NCBI GenBank assembly: GCA_965279375.1
Contig: OZ257156.1
Span: forward strand, 4,768,001 to 4,832,000
DNA length: 64,000 nucleotides
Direction of reading: 5' to 3'
DNA from: Gemmatimonas sp.
Lineage (GTDB): Bacteria > Gemmatimonadota > Gemmatimonadetes > Gemmatimonadales > Gemmatimonadaceae
Positions within the stretch are counted from its first letter, which is position 1. Every line of letters begins with the position of its first letter. This document shows, in pieces, positions 9,622 through 17,847 of the stretch. Below the pieces are notes generated by a model. It did no database searches and was not told the DNA's origin. It was given only the letters and a program-made list of their open reading frames with translations. The translations under genes were made by a program, and so were the position numbers.

Positions 9622-10241
9622 GATGACTTCTCCCGGGGTGCGACGACTTTGTTCGGCGTCGTGCGTTCGACGTAGGTCTGCAGCATGATGGTGGACGCGA
9701 GCGCGCCCTTCTGTGCCGTCTTGATCGGCGACTGCCCGCGGATTGGCGATCCGCTGACGATCGAGAAGGAGACGGGTGCGACGATGCGCGGAAGCGAACC
9801 GACGTTGGCGAGGAAGGCGCCGAACTGGTGGTATCCGCCGATGATGGTGACGGTGTAGCGATACGTGTCGAAGCGATCGCCGGGGATGACCGCCTCGGGG
9901 GTGACGCCACCGACATCGAGACCGGCGCGACGTGCGGCGGTGGAGACTTCTTCGAGCAGCGCGGGGACTTCCTGATCGGTGGGAACGAGGCGGCGCATGA
10001 CGACGAGTGCGGAGCGGTTTTCGGCCGCCTGTCCGCGCAGCGTTTCGATGCTACCGGACTTGAATTCGCGGGCCGCTTTCTGATTGGCCGTTTCGAGTTC
10101 CGTCAGTCGCGCGGTGTCGAGCGCGATCTGTTCTGACTTGGCGGCGTGCGGATAGAGCACGTACGCGGCAGTGAGCGCGATCGCGGCGAAGGCGATTCCG
10201 AACTTGATCTGGTCGCGCTTGGTGGTCGGCAGGAGAGCCAT
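9618..10241 (-). CDS. pilO: Type IV pilus assembly protein PilO
   Basis: N-terminal TM, LVPTDQEVPALL, GGYHQFGAFLANVGSLPRIV. Confidence 0.88.
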   Translation of the reverse strand: MALLPTTKRDQIKFGIAFAAIALTAAYVLYPHAAKSEQIALDTARLTELETANQKAAREFKSGSIETLRGQAAENRSALVVMRRLVPTDQEVPALLEEVSTAARRAGLDVGGVTPEAVIPGDRFDTYRYTVTIIGGYHQFGAFLANVGSLPRIVAPVSFSIVSGSPIRGQSPIKTAQKGALASTIMLQTYVERTTPNKVVAPREKSS

Positions 10242-10254
10242 GGGATTCTCGAGA

Positions 10255-11019
10255 TCAGCGAACCGGGACGACAAGCGGCGAGGTCCGAACGACCCCAACC
10301 GGCGGCACTTCGTAGGCGGCGGTCAACTCGAACTGTGTGACGTCCTTGTTGTCGACCACGACGATCTCCGACTTGGTCAGCGCGACGCGCTGGATGAACG
10401 GAGAGCTTTCGAGCTGGCGCATGAACATCGTGAGCGCCTGGATGTCCACTGTCTGCCCGACGATGCGGAAGGCGATGTCGGGGTGGACGTTCACCGTGTC
10501 GGGCTTGGTCTTCGCGCTGTCCTTGGCGGCGGTCTTGGCGGCCGGCGTCATGGGCGTGCTGCCTGCGCGCGTGGTGTCGGCGCCTGGGGGCAGCGGTGCC
10601 TTGCTGGTCTGTTCCAGGATGGTGAGCCACGTGAACGCCGGGAGCGCGCGACTGACTTCGTCGAGGATGTGCGCCCAGTTGTAGCGATTGTCGTCGATGG
10701 TGCGGATGATCTGCAGCTGGCGGTGCACGGAGTCGCGTTCGGCGGTGAGCTTGCGTCGCGCGTCGAGCACCTTGGCGTAGCGCGTCGAATCACGCACGGC
10801 GCTTTCGAGCTTTCCGCTCAACTCGCTGGCGGCGGCCTGCTGCGACGTGAAGAGCACGCCGACCGTTGCAACCGCAACGATGACAGACGCGGCCGCGCCG
10901 ATGAGCCACGGATCGCGTACGCGTTCGGACACGCCGCCGACGAAGCCGGCGACGCTGACGGAGTTGCCGCCACGCGCGCTCTTCTTGGCGCCGGGCAGGA
11001 GGTTGATTTCTAGCATCAT
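10255..11019 (-). CDS. pilN: Type IV pilus assembly protein PilN
   Basis: INLLP PilM-binding motif, TM, coiled coil, FMRQLESSPF. Confidence 0.9.
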   Translation of the reverse strand: MMLEINLLPGAKKSARGGNSVSVAGFVGGVSERVRDPWLIGAAASVIVAVATVGVLFTSQQAAASELSGKLESAVRDSTRYAKVLDARRKLTAERDSVHRQLQIIRTIDDNRYNWAHILDEVSRALPAFTWLTILEQTSKAPLPPGADTTRAGSTPMTPAAKTAAKDSAKTKPDTVNVHPDIAFRIVGQTVDIQALTMFMRQLESSPFIQRVALTKSEIVVVDNKDVTQFELTAAYEVPPVGVVRTSPLVVPVR

Positions 11020-11030
11020 CGTCTGGGTCC

Positions 11031-12074
11031 TCAGGCGGCGGCGCGCAGTGCGAGACCGACCGGCAGCATCAGCAACGGTGCGATTTCGTCAGCGGAGAGA
11101 AACTCCATGGCCCCGTCGCGCACGCTGAGTCGGGCGAGCGAGTTGGCGGGCTCTACGGGAATGCGCAGGCGTTCGGAGAGCCACGGGAGCAGTCCCGGCA
11201 CGCGTGATCCACCACCGCAGGCGAAGACGGCGCGGATCTGGCCGAAGTTGCGTGAGGAGGTGGCGAGGAACGTGGAGGCGCGTTCGACACCGATGGCGAT
11301 TTCTTCACCGCGGAGTGCGACGGCGCCGTCGAGTTCGAGGGTGCGATCGTAGCCGCGCAGCATCTGCTCGCCTTCGTCGCCGCCGATTCCGTGTTCGCGC
11401 TGCAGGTCTTCGCGGAAGCGGCGCGTGCCGACCGTGAGATCGCGCGTGAGGATCGGTACGCCGTCGTCGAGGATGTTGAGATTCGTGACTTCGTTTCCGA
11501 TGTTGAGCAGGGCGACCGTGCCTTCCATCGCGTCGGGGTGATTCATCCCGAAGGCGTTGTGCAAGGCGAATGCATCGACGTCGATGATGGCGGGCGGTGC
11601 GCCGGCTTCATCGAGGAGATGACGACGTGCCTGCACGAGCTCGCGCTTGGCCGCAACGAGCAGGACGCTCATTTCGAGACCGTCGGCGTCGGGATCGAGG
11701 ATCTGGAAGTCGAGTTCGACGGATTCCATGTCGAACGGCACATGCTGTTCCGCTTCCCAGCGCATCAGTTCACGTGCCTGCGCTTCCTTGACTCGCTCGA
11801 TCGCGATCTTCTTGACGATGACATCGCGTCCACCGACGGCGGCGACGATGTGCTTCTTCTTGATGCCGGTTCCCTGGAGCGTCTGCCGAATGGCGTCGGC
11901 GACGAGCCCCGGGTCCATGACTTCGCCATCGACGATCGCCGTTTCGGCGAGCGGAGTGACGATGACCTTGGTGAGCTCGGGCGTGCCCGAGCTATGGTCA
12001 ATAACGGCAGCCTTAACGAGACCGGAACCGATATCGAGTCCGATGGTGATCTTCTTGCGGCCGAAGAGCTGCAT
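11031..12074 (-). CDS. pilM: Type IV pilus assembly protein PilM
   Basis: IGLDIGSGLVK, WEAEQHVPF, IIDVDAFAL, CGGGSRVPGL, GLALR. Confidence 0.93.
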   Translation of the reverse strand: MQLFGRKKITIGLDIGSGLVKAAVIDHSSGTPELTKVIVTPLAETAIVDGEVMDPGLVADAIRQTLQGTGIKKKHIVAAVGGRDVIVKKIAIERVKEAQARELMRWEAEQHVPFDMESVELDFQILDPDADGLEMSVLLVAAKRELVQARRHLLDEAGAPPAIIDVDAFALHNAFGMNHPDAMEGTVALLNIGNEVTNLNILDDGVPILTRDLTVGTRRFREDLQREHGIGGDEGEQMLRGYDRTLELDGAVALRGEEIAIGVERASTFLATSSRNFGQIRAVFACGGGSRVPGLLPWLSERLRIPVEPANSLARLSVRDGAMEFLSADEIAPLLMLPVGLALRAAA

Positions 12075-12309
12075 GGATCCCGGGGGTTGTGCGTGGTGGT
12101 CGTTGCGTCGCAAGGCAGCCGTGCGAGACACAGTTCGTGGGACACTTTGACCTGCCCCAATCGGACTATTCTCCCTCAAAACGACCGGCCCCTCACGAGG
12201 TAACGCCTCGTAGAGGACGAGCGCGGGCACGGCTGCCGACAGCGTGATAGTGTCGGCTCATGGGCTCCGGAACTGTTGCGCCGTTTCAGAGCGGGAGCAT
12301 TTCGTCGCG

Positions 12310-13350
12310 TCAGCGCTCGCTCCACTGGCGAAACGGACCGGTTTCCGGGGTTGCGATTGCCGCGATCGCGCGGCGCAGGGCGCATTGGTCGTAGCGAATG
12401 GTGGAGCCGCTACCGATGCGGGTGGCGCGTGTCGTCTGTCCGCGCACGAGCACGGCGCCGTCCACTTCGAGCCGCCCGCTCGAGGCGTCGAGCGCGCCGC
12501 GCACGAGCAGCATGCCTCGCAGGCGCAGCGTATCGTGCACGATGAGATCGTGATCGACGGCGAGCACGCCCTGATGCTGCCACAGGCCCGAGACGTGGAC
12601 GGCGGACGTATCGCGGAACAGCAGCGGCCGCCAAGGCGGCTCGACTGGGAGTGCCGCCGACGGTGGCGGACGAGACACGGCACGCGCCCTCACGAGTGGC
12701 CAGGCGCGATCGAAGTCGATGGCGTCTTGTGCGAGCGTACGCGGTGTGCTGGGCGCGCCGAGTCCGGAGATCGTCGCGGTGCTGTCGATGGTGGCCGGGT
12801 AGGCGCGCAGTCCATTGATCGACGCGGTGTCACGCCACGGGCCACATTCGTCATGTGGCGCCGAGTCGATGCCCGAGATGGTCGCGGTGCCCAGTACTCG
12901 CGCGGCGTCGATGATGAGTAGCGCCGAGTGGAGCGGTAGCGGCGGTGGTGCAAGGAAGAGGGCGCGAGCGGTGGTGCGTTGAGCGCGCGTTGGGGCGCCA
13001 TCGGTCTGGCTTTGGGCGTCGGCGGAGATGAGGGCAGCGAGGGGCTGTGTGCGCGTGACCGTGATGTCGACGTCGATCCCGGCGGCGGTGCGCTGGCGTG
13101 TGGTGCGAGTTGCGCCGATGCCGACTCGCGCGAACTGTTCGGCGGTCCACGCGGCGAAGGTGGTGGCGATGGCTTCGTCGGTGGCGAGCAGTGCGCGCTC
13201 GCCGTTCCACGCTTGACGTGCGGCGCGGGAGGCGCGCCATGCGGCGAATTGCGCGCTGGCGGCGAGGAGTGCGACGAGTATCGTGGCCACGATGACCAGC
13301 GGGAGCACGAACCCATTGCGGGCGCGATGCGCTCGAGGGTTAGGGTGCAC
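12310..13350 (-). CDS. PilX-like minor pilin
   Basis: Class III signal RARNG|FVLPLVIV lacking Glu5, typical of PilX/GspK; overlaps PilW-like gene. Confidence 0.7.
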   Translation of the reverse strand: MHPNPRAHRARNGFVLPLVIVATILVALLAASAQFAAWRASRAARQAWNGERALLATDEAIATTFAAWTAEQFARVGIGATRTTRQRTAAGIDVDITVTRTQPLAALISADAQSQTDGAPTRAQRTTARALFLAPPPLPLHSALLIIDAARVLGTATISGIDSAPHDECGPWRDTASINGLRAYPATIDSTATISGLGAPSTPRTLAQDAIDFDRAWPLVRARAVSRPPPSAALPVEPPWRPLLFRDTSAVHVSGLWQHQGVLAVDHDLIVHDTLRLRGMLLVRGALDASSGRLEVDGAVLVRGQTTRATRIGSGSTIRYDQCALRRAIAAIATPETGPFRQWSER

Positions 13351-14236
13351 GACCGATTCCTCCGCGCAATGCGACGACGAGCAGCACCGAGTCAGCGATT
13401 GCAGGGGGTCCGGCGCCGGCGCGCGGTGTCAGTGCTATTGGCGCGCGCAGTTCGATGCGGACCAACGCGGCCGTGGTGTCGCCGGGCGCGAGGAGGTTGT
13501 CTCTGGTGTCTCGCACGCTGATGAAGAGCCCGCGCGCGGTGGTGGAGCGGAGGGGGCCCGCGACCGGCTGCACGACGTCCCAGCCGGCGGGGCCGAGTTC
13601 TCGTCGGCCGAGGTACCATTGGGAGGCGCTGCGGTAGAGCAGGTATCGGGTGCGGCGGTGGAGGCGGACGGGGGTACCGACGGCGGCGTCGGCGGGGAGC
13701 GTATCGACGAGGCGGAGAAGAGTCGCGGGCGCGAGAGGCGTCGCGGAGCTGTCGAGGATCGGTGAGGAGAGGCACCCTGCCGTCGTTGAGAGCGAGCGGA
13801 GGTTGGAGCGGTATTCGTGGGGCGTGAGTGTGGAGTCGGTTGGCGCGAGGAAGAGGGAGACGTCGTCGTCTGGTTGCGCGGGTGTGCGCCAGCTCGTGTG
13901 TGCGCGAATGCTCGCGTTGGCGGGTGTGAGGATGATGCGATCGCGTGGTCCGCGTGCGGCGCAGACGATGCCCGTGCCGACCGTGGCGGAAAATTCGATG
14001 CTACTGTCGGTCCACGCGTGCAGGTCGGACGCTTGGAGGGAGCGCAACTCCGACGCGAGGACCGCGGCGGCGTGTCGGAGTTCGTGCGACGCGGCGAGAG
14101 TGCGGTCGGTGCGTTGCGCGACGCGCTGTGTACTGAGGAGGAGCAGGATGGCGAGTGCGGCGAGCAGCGCGAGGAGCGGAATCGCGATGACCAACTCGAT
14201 CACTGTCGAACCGCGGGCGCGTGTGGTCAGGGGCAT
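13340..14236 (-). CDS. PilW-like minor pilin
   Basis: MPLTTRARG|STVIELVIAI class III signal with Glu5. Confidence 0.72.
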   Translation of the reverse strand: MPLTTRARGSTVIELVIAIPLLALLAALAILLLLSTQRVAQRTDRTLAASHELRHAAAVLASELRSLQASDLHAWTDSSIEFSATVGTGIVCAARGPRDRIILTPANASIRAHTSWRTPAQPDDDVSLFLAPTDSTLTPHEYRSNLRSLSTTAGCLSSPILDSSATPLAPATLLRLVDTLPADAAVGTPVRLHRRTRYLLYRSASQWYLGRRELGPAGWDVVQPVAGPLRSTTARGLFISVRDTRDNLLAPGDTTAALVRIELRAPIALTPRAGAGPPAIADSVLLVVALRGGIGRAP

Positions 14237-14775
14237 TGGCGCGCGGTGCTGAGGGAGAGTTGTACGGAGTCGCGGATGGAGAGCGGCGACGGTGTGGCGC
14301 GCGCAGTGATGATCTGCGTCGGTGGAGTGTTGCGCGGCGTACTGCTGGTGACCGTGAGTCTTGCGCCGTAGAGGGGCGGCTGCGTGCGGAGCGTATCGCA
14401 GAGCTGTGCGATCGCGTGTTCGGCGACCGATGTCGCGGCGGCCTGTGCGTGTGCGACGAGAAGGGCGTCGTCGGCGAGGGTGGCCAGCGCTCGGGTGCTG
14501 GCGGTGACTGCGAGCCCCGCGACGCTCAGGAGTGCGATCGCGATCAGCGCGTCGAGAAAGAACCGGCCGTGGCGCGGCTTCCTGGTGCGGTTGTGAGGTG
14601 CGCCTACTCGCGCGCTGAGCGTTGCACTGCAATTTCGCGCCGGCGCGCTACGATTGAACGAACGGCGTACGCGCGATCGTGGCGTGGGCGCGCAACGTGG
14701 CCGTCCTGCAGTGGGCGCGAGGCGCGGCGTCGAAGATGTACGGTTGTCCAGCCAGCGGCGAGATGGGAAGCGCAT
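14227..14775 (-). CDS. PilV-like minor pilin (start uncertain)
   Basis: RKPRHG|RFFLDALIAIALLSVAGLAV prepilin-like segment; 3' end overlaps the PilW-like start; nearest in-frame ATG is 14775. Confidence 0.55.
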   Translation of the reverse strand: MRFPSRRWLDNRTSSTPRLAPTAGRPRCAPTPRSRVRRSFNRSAPARNCSATLSARVGAPHNRTRKPRHGRFFLDALIAIALLSVAGLAVTASTRALATLADDALLVAHAQAAATSVAEHAIAQLCDTLRTQPPLYGARLTVTSSTPRNTPPTQIITARATPSPLSIRDSVQLSLSTARQCP

Positions 14776-14832
14776 GGGCGCACGATGGTGTCGTCCGTGC
14801 GCCCGACCGTCACCCAAACGTTTCGCGCTGTG

Positions 14833-16005
14833 CTATTCGGATGCGACGCCGAGTAGGCCGCTGGAGGAGTGGAGCGGAAGGAGGATGACGAAGGCGGCGC
14901 CGCCTTCGCGGGCTCGCTGCACCCAGATCGTGCCGCCCAAATTTTCGATCGTGCTGGCGACGATCGCGAGGCCGAGTCCCGTGCCCTTCCCCGGTTGTTT
15001 GGTGGAAAAGAACGGTTCGAAGATGCGCTCTTCATCTTCGGGTGCGACGCCCGTACCCGAGTCGGCAATCACGATCTGCAGAAAGCGATCAGGCGATTCC
15101 GGCCGGGCGAGCCAGGCCAACGCTCTGCGACTTGGTCGATGCGTCCAGCGTTCGCCGGGGCTATCGGTACGACGCTTTTCGGAGACTTCGCCGAAGTCGG
15201 AGACGTCGTTGATGCGCGTGCGGATGACGACCAGTCCGTCGCGATCCATCGCGTCGGCCGCGTTCAGCAGCAGGTTGACGAATACCTGTTCGAGGTCGTG
15301 TCGCTCGGCGTATACGACGCCTTCCGGCGCTTCGAGCTGCGGCGCCATGCGGAAGCGACGCGTGATTCCCTGGTCAGCGAGGAGTCGGAGTACGTCCTTG
15401 ATGACGTCGTCGACGACGACCGGCTTGGGCGTGAGGCGGCGCGGACGCGAGTAGTCGAGCAAGCCGCGCATGATGCGATCGATGCGACCGATTTCTCGTT
15501 CGAGCGCGTCGAGCGCTTCCGTCGTGCCGGAGACGCCCTCGGTGCGCATTCTGAGAACGTGCGCGTAGTTGGCGATGGCGGAGAGTGGGTTGCCAATCTC
15601 GTGTGATACACCCGCCGCGATCCGCCCCATCGTGGCCAACTTTTCGACGCGCATGCGTAGCTGGTTGGCGGCGAGGAGCTGCTCGGTCATGCGATTGATG
15701 CTCGTGGCCAGCTGATCGAATTCCAACGTGGTGCCTGGCGGGACGCGCTTACCTGTTTCGCCGAGCGCGATCGCTTCAGCGGCCGCCACACACGCCGCCA
15801 AGGGATCCTCCACCACTCGCTCCACCTCTCGACGCATCACCATGGCCCAGACGATGGAGACGAGGGTGAGGAGGAGGAGGACAACCGGCCAGCGTGCGCT
15901 GCTGGGGAGGAACTCGGTAAGCCACATCGACGCGATGACGCCGACGAGGGCACTGAGGCTGGTCGTCGCCAGCACGTAGCTCAATCGCGCATGAATGCGC
16001 GGCAC
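14833..16005 (-). CDS. Sensor histidine kinase (2 TM, HAMP, HisKA, HATPase)
   Basis: SHEIGNPL H-box, NLLLNAADA, DSGTG, FEPFFSTK, GTGLGL; start approximate. Confidence 0.88.
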   Translation of the reverse strand: MPRIHARLSYVLATTSLSALVGVIASMWLTEFLPSSARWPVVLLLLTLVSIVWAMVMRREVERVVEDPLAACVAAAEAIALGETGKRVPPGTTLEFDQLATSINRMTEQLLAANQLRMRVEKLATMGRIAAGVSHEIGNPLSAIANYAHVLRMRTEGVSGTTEALDALEREIGRIDRIMRGLLDYSRPRRLTPKPVVVDDVIKDVLRLLADQGITRRFRMAPQLEAPEGVVYAERHDLEQVFVNLLLNAADAMDRDGLVVIRTRINDVSDFGEVSEKRRTDSPGERWTHRPSRRALAWLARPESPDRFLQIVIADSGTGVAPEDEERIFEPFFSTKQPGKGTGLGLAIVASTIENLGGTIWVQRAREGGAAFVILLPLHSSSGLLGVASE

Positions 16006-16091
16006 GGAAGAATTGGACACGGCCCACGATGCGCATTCGTCACGATGTCGGCAACCACCTGCTACTCGGCGATGCGCACTCGATGAGGCAA

Positions 16092-16125
16092 ATGAAAAAG
16101 GGGCCGAGCTTTCGCTCGGCCCCCC
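16092..16125 (-). terminator. Rho-independent terminator of downstream pilA copy
   Basis: Minus strand GGGGCCGAGC-GAAA-GCTCGGCCCC followed by TTTTTCATTT. Confidence 0.85.
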
Positions 16126-16165
16126 AGGCCCCGGCTCTGGAGAGCCGGGTGTGTTGCGATGGACC

Positions 16166-16543
16166 TTACTTGCAGGTCGCGCCGCCCGGCTCACCTTCGG
16201 CCTGACCAGCCGGCGTGGCGCTGCCGACACCGATGGCGCAGGTGGAACCCGTCGCGTTGGCGTGCGTGGCCTGACCCGACCAGCCCGTCGCCGTGGCGGC
16301 GGTCACGCTGAGGGCAACGCCCGACGAACCAGCCGGCGCCGTGAAGCCAGCGTACGTGTTGTTGTCCGAGAACCACGCTTCAGCGGCCGGGACGAGGTTC
16401 TTGAGGTCCGACTTCATTGCCGTGATGTAGGCCTTCTTCTTCGTGTCGGCGAACTTCGGAATCGCGATCGCGGCCAGGATGCCGATGATGACGACGACGA
16501 TGAGGAGTTCGATGAGGGTGAAACCCTTGCGAGTGCGCTTCAT
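16166..16543 (-). CDS. pilA: Type IVa major pilin, copy 1
   Basis: MKRTRKG|FTLIELLIVVVIIGILAAIAIPKF; C-terminal Cys pair; SD GGAG. Confidence 0.92.
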   Translation of the reverse strand: MKRTRKGFTLIELLIVVVIIGILAAIAIPKFADTKKKAYITAMKSDLKNLVPAAEAWFSDNNTYAGFTAPAGSSGVALSVTAATATGWSGQATHANATGSTCAIGVGSATPAGQAEGEPGGATCK

Positions 16544-16613
16544 GAGAGAAACTCCGAGACGGGGTGTTGATACGTCGCCGAAGCCCGTGTGGCTCAGCGC
16601 ATGCCTGATGCTA

Positions 16614-16630
16614 TGGCAAACGCCTTGCCA
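16614..16630 (-). promoter_or_regulatory. Sigma54 -24/-12 promoter of pilA copy 1
   Basis: TGGCAAGGCGTTTGC with GG-N10-GC spacing, about 70 nt upstream of ATG; sigma54 activator PilR encoded nearby. Confidence 0.75.
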
Positions 16631-16850
16631 GACTCATCCATTGAGTACAACGCGTTAATTTACATACACTTACGATCGACAACGGCGAAAATATCCGGGA
16701 CGAACGGCATGTCGCTTTGCAATTCCTCTTGCAGGATGCAATCCGCACCCACAGGGCTGGATCGGCACGCCACAAACGCAACGAGGGGCCGAGCTTTCGC
16801 TCGACCCCCCAAGCCCCGGCTCTGGAGAGCCGGGTGTGTTGCGATGGACC

Positions 16851-17228
16851 TTACTTGCAGGTCGCGCCGCCCGGCTCGCCTTCGGCCTGACCGGCCGGCG
16901 TGGCGCTGCCGACACCGATGGCGCAGGTGGAACCCGTCGCGTTGGCGTGCGTGGCCTGACCCGACCAGCCCGTCGCCGTGGCGGCGGTCACGCTGAGCGC
17001 AACGCCCGAGGAACCCGGCGGAGCCGTGAAGCCAGCGTACGTGTTGTTGTCCGAGAACCACGCTTCAGCGGCCGGAACGAGGTTCTTGAGGTCCGACTTC
17101 ATGGCCGTCACGTACGCCTTCTTCTTCGTGTCGGCGAACTTCGGAATCGCGATCGCGGCCAAGATGCCGATGATGACGACGACGATCAGGAGTTCGATGA
17201 GGGTAAAACCTTTGCGCGACTTCGACAT
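16851..17228 (-). CDS. pilA: Type IVa major pilin, copy 2
   Basis: MSKSRKG|FTLIELLIVVVIIGILAAIAIPKF; SD GGAGA; 125 aa. Confidence 0.92.
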   Translation of the reverse strand: MSKSRKGFTLIELLIVVVIIGILAAIAIPKFADTKKKAYVTAMKSDLKNLVPAAEAWFSDNNTYAGFTAPPGSSGVALSVTAATATGWSGQATHANATGSTCAIGVGSATPAGQAEGEPGGATCK

Positions 17229-17298
17229 TGTATCTCTCCGAGAGGGGGGCTGACGTTCAGTCGGGTGAGTGCCGACTGACTCGACGCCACCGTGATTG

Positions 17299-17313
17299 GC
17301 AGATTGCACGCCA
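17299..17313 (-). promoter_or_regulatory. Sigma54 -24/-12 promoter of pilA copy 2
   Basis: TGGCGTGCAATCTGC with GG-N10-GC, about 70 nt upstream of ATG, the same spacing as copy 1. Confidence 0.68.
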
Positions 17314-17399
17314 CGCGGGCGGATTCAATCAAAGTCGTTGCAGCGTCATCACTTCCATCAAATCCTTGCGCCGCAACTCGGCGCATCGCTCACCGTGTA

Positions 17400-17417
17400 T
17401 TGCACGATGTCGTGCAA
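17400..17417. promoter_or_regulatory. Candidate PilR upstream activator site
   Basis: Palindrome TTGCACGA-TG-TCGTGCAA about 90 bp upstream of the sigma54 box; IHF-like CATCAAATCCTTG between them. Confidence 0.5.
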
Positions 17418-17448
17418 CATGCGCGGGTTCATCGGGAGCGTTGTTCGA

Positions 17449-17847
17449 CTACTGGCACACCGGTTCGCTCGTCGCGCTGCCACCGTAGCTCAATGTGCAG
17501 GTGATGCCGGGAACGTTTGCATGCGTTGCCGTAGCAGCCCAAGTCGTCACACCAACGGTGATGTTGAGCGTGACACCCGCTGATCCCTGCGGAGCAACCA
17601 CGTTCGCATAGCTGCCATCCATCGCATACTTCGACTCGGCGGTCGACGCGAGGTTGCGAAGATCCGCCTTCATGGCCGTGATGTACGCGCGCTCCTTGGA
17701 GGCGGTGTACTTGGTGATGGCGATCGTGGAGAGAATGCCAATGACGACGACGACCGCGAGGATCTCGATCAACGTGAACGCTGCGCGTCGTCGTTTGGCG
17801 CGGTTTCGTGCCGTCCGCGAGGGATGCTGCGACTCGACCTGCGTCAT
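17449..17847 (-). CDS. Type IV pilin (divergent paralogue)
   Basis: RRRAA|FTLIEILAVVVVIGILSTIAI; AYITAMKADLRNL shared with pilA; C-terminal Cys pair. Confidence 0.85.
   Translation of the reverse strand: MTQVESQHPSRTARNRAKRRRAAFTLIEILAVVVVIGILSTIAITKYTASKERAYITAMKADLRNLASTAESKYAMDGSYANVVAPQGSAGVTLNITVGVTTWAATATHANVPGITCTLSYGGSATSEPVCQ

Larger units (their letters stand above)
16100..17210 (-). repeat. Tandem near-identical duplication of the pilin gene and its 3' UTR (copies about 16100-16525 and 16785-17210, offset 685 bp)
   Basis: Direct comparison: mature pilins differ at 2 residues; about 65 nt downstream of the stops is also nearly identical. Confidence 0.92.

Noticed and set aside
12075..12309. 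Possible c-di-GMP riboswitch upstream of pilM
   Set aside because: Hairpins are present but I could not find the GEMM consensus elements; a covariance-model search would settle it
14626..14643. Sigma54-like CGGCGCGAAATTGCA before the minor pilins
   Set aside because: GG-to-GC spacing is 9 rather than the required 10
16100..17210. Pilin repeat as a Neisseria-type silent cassette or antigenic variation system
   Set aside because: Both copies are full length with SD and promoter and are almost identical, so there is no variant reservoir
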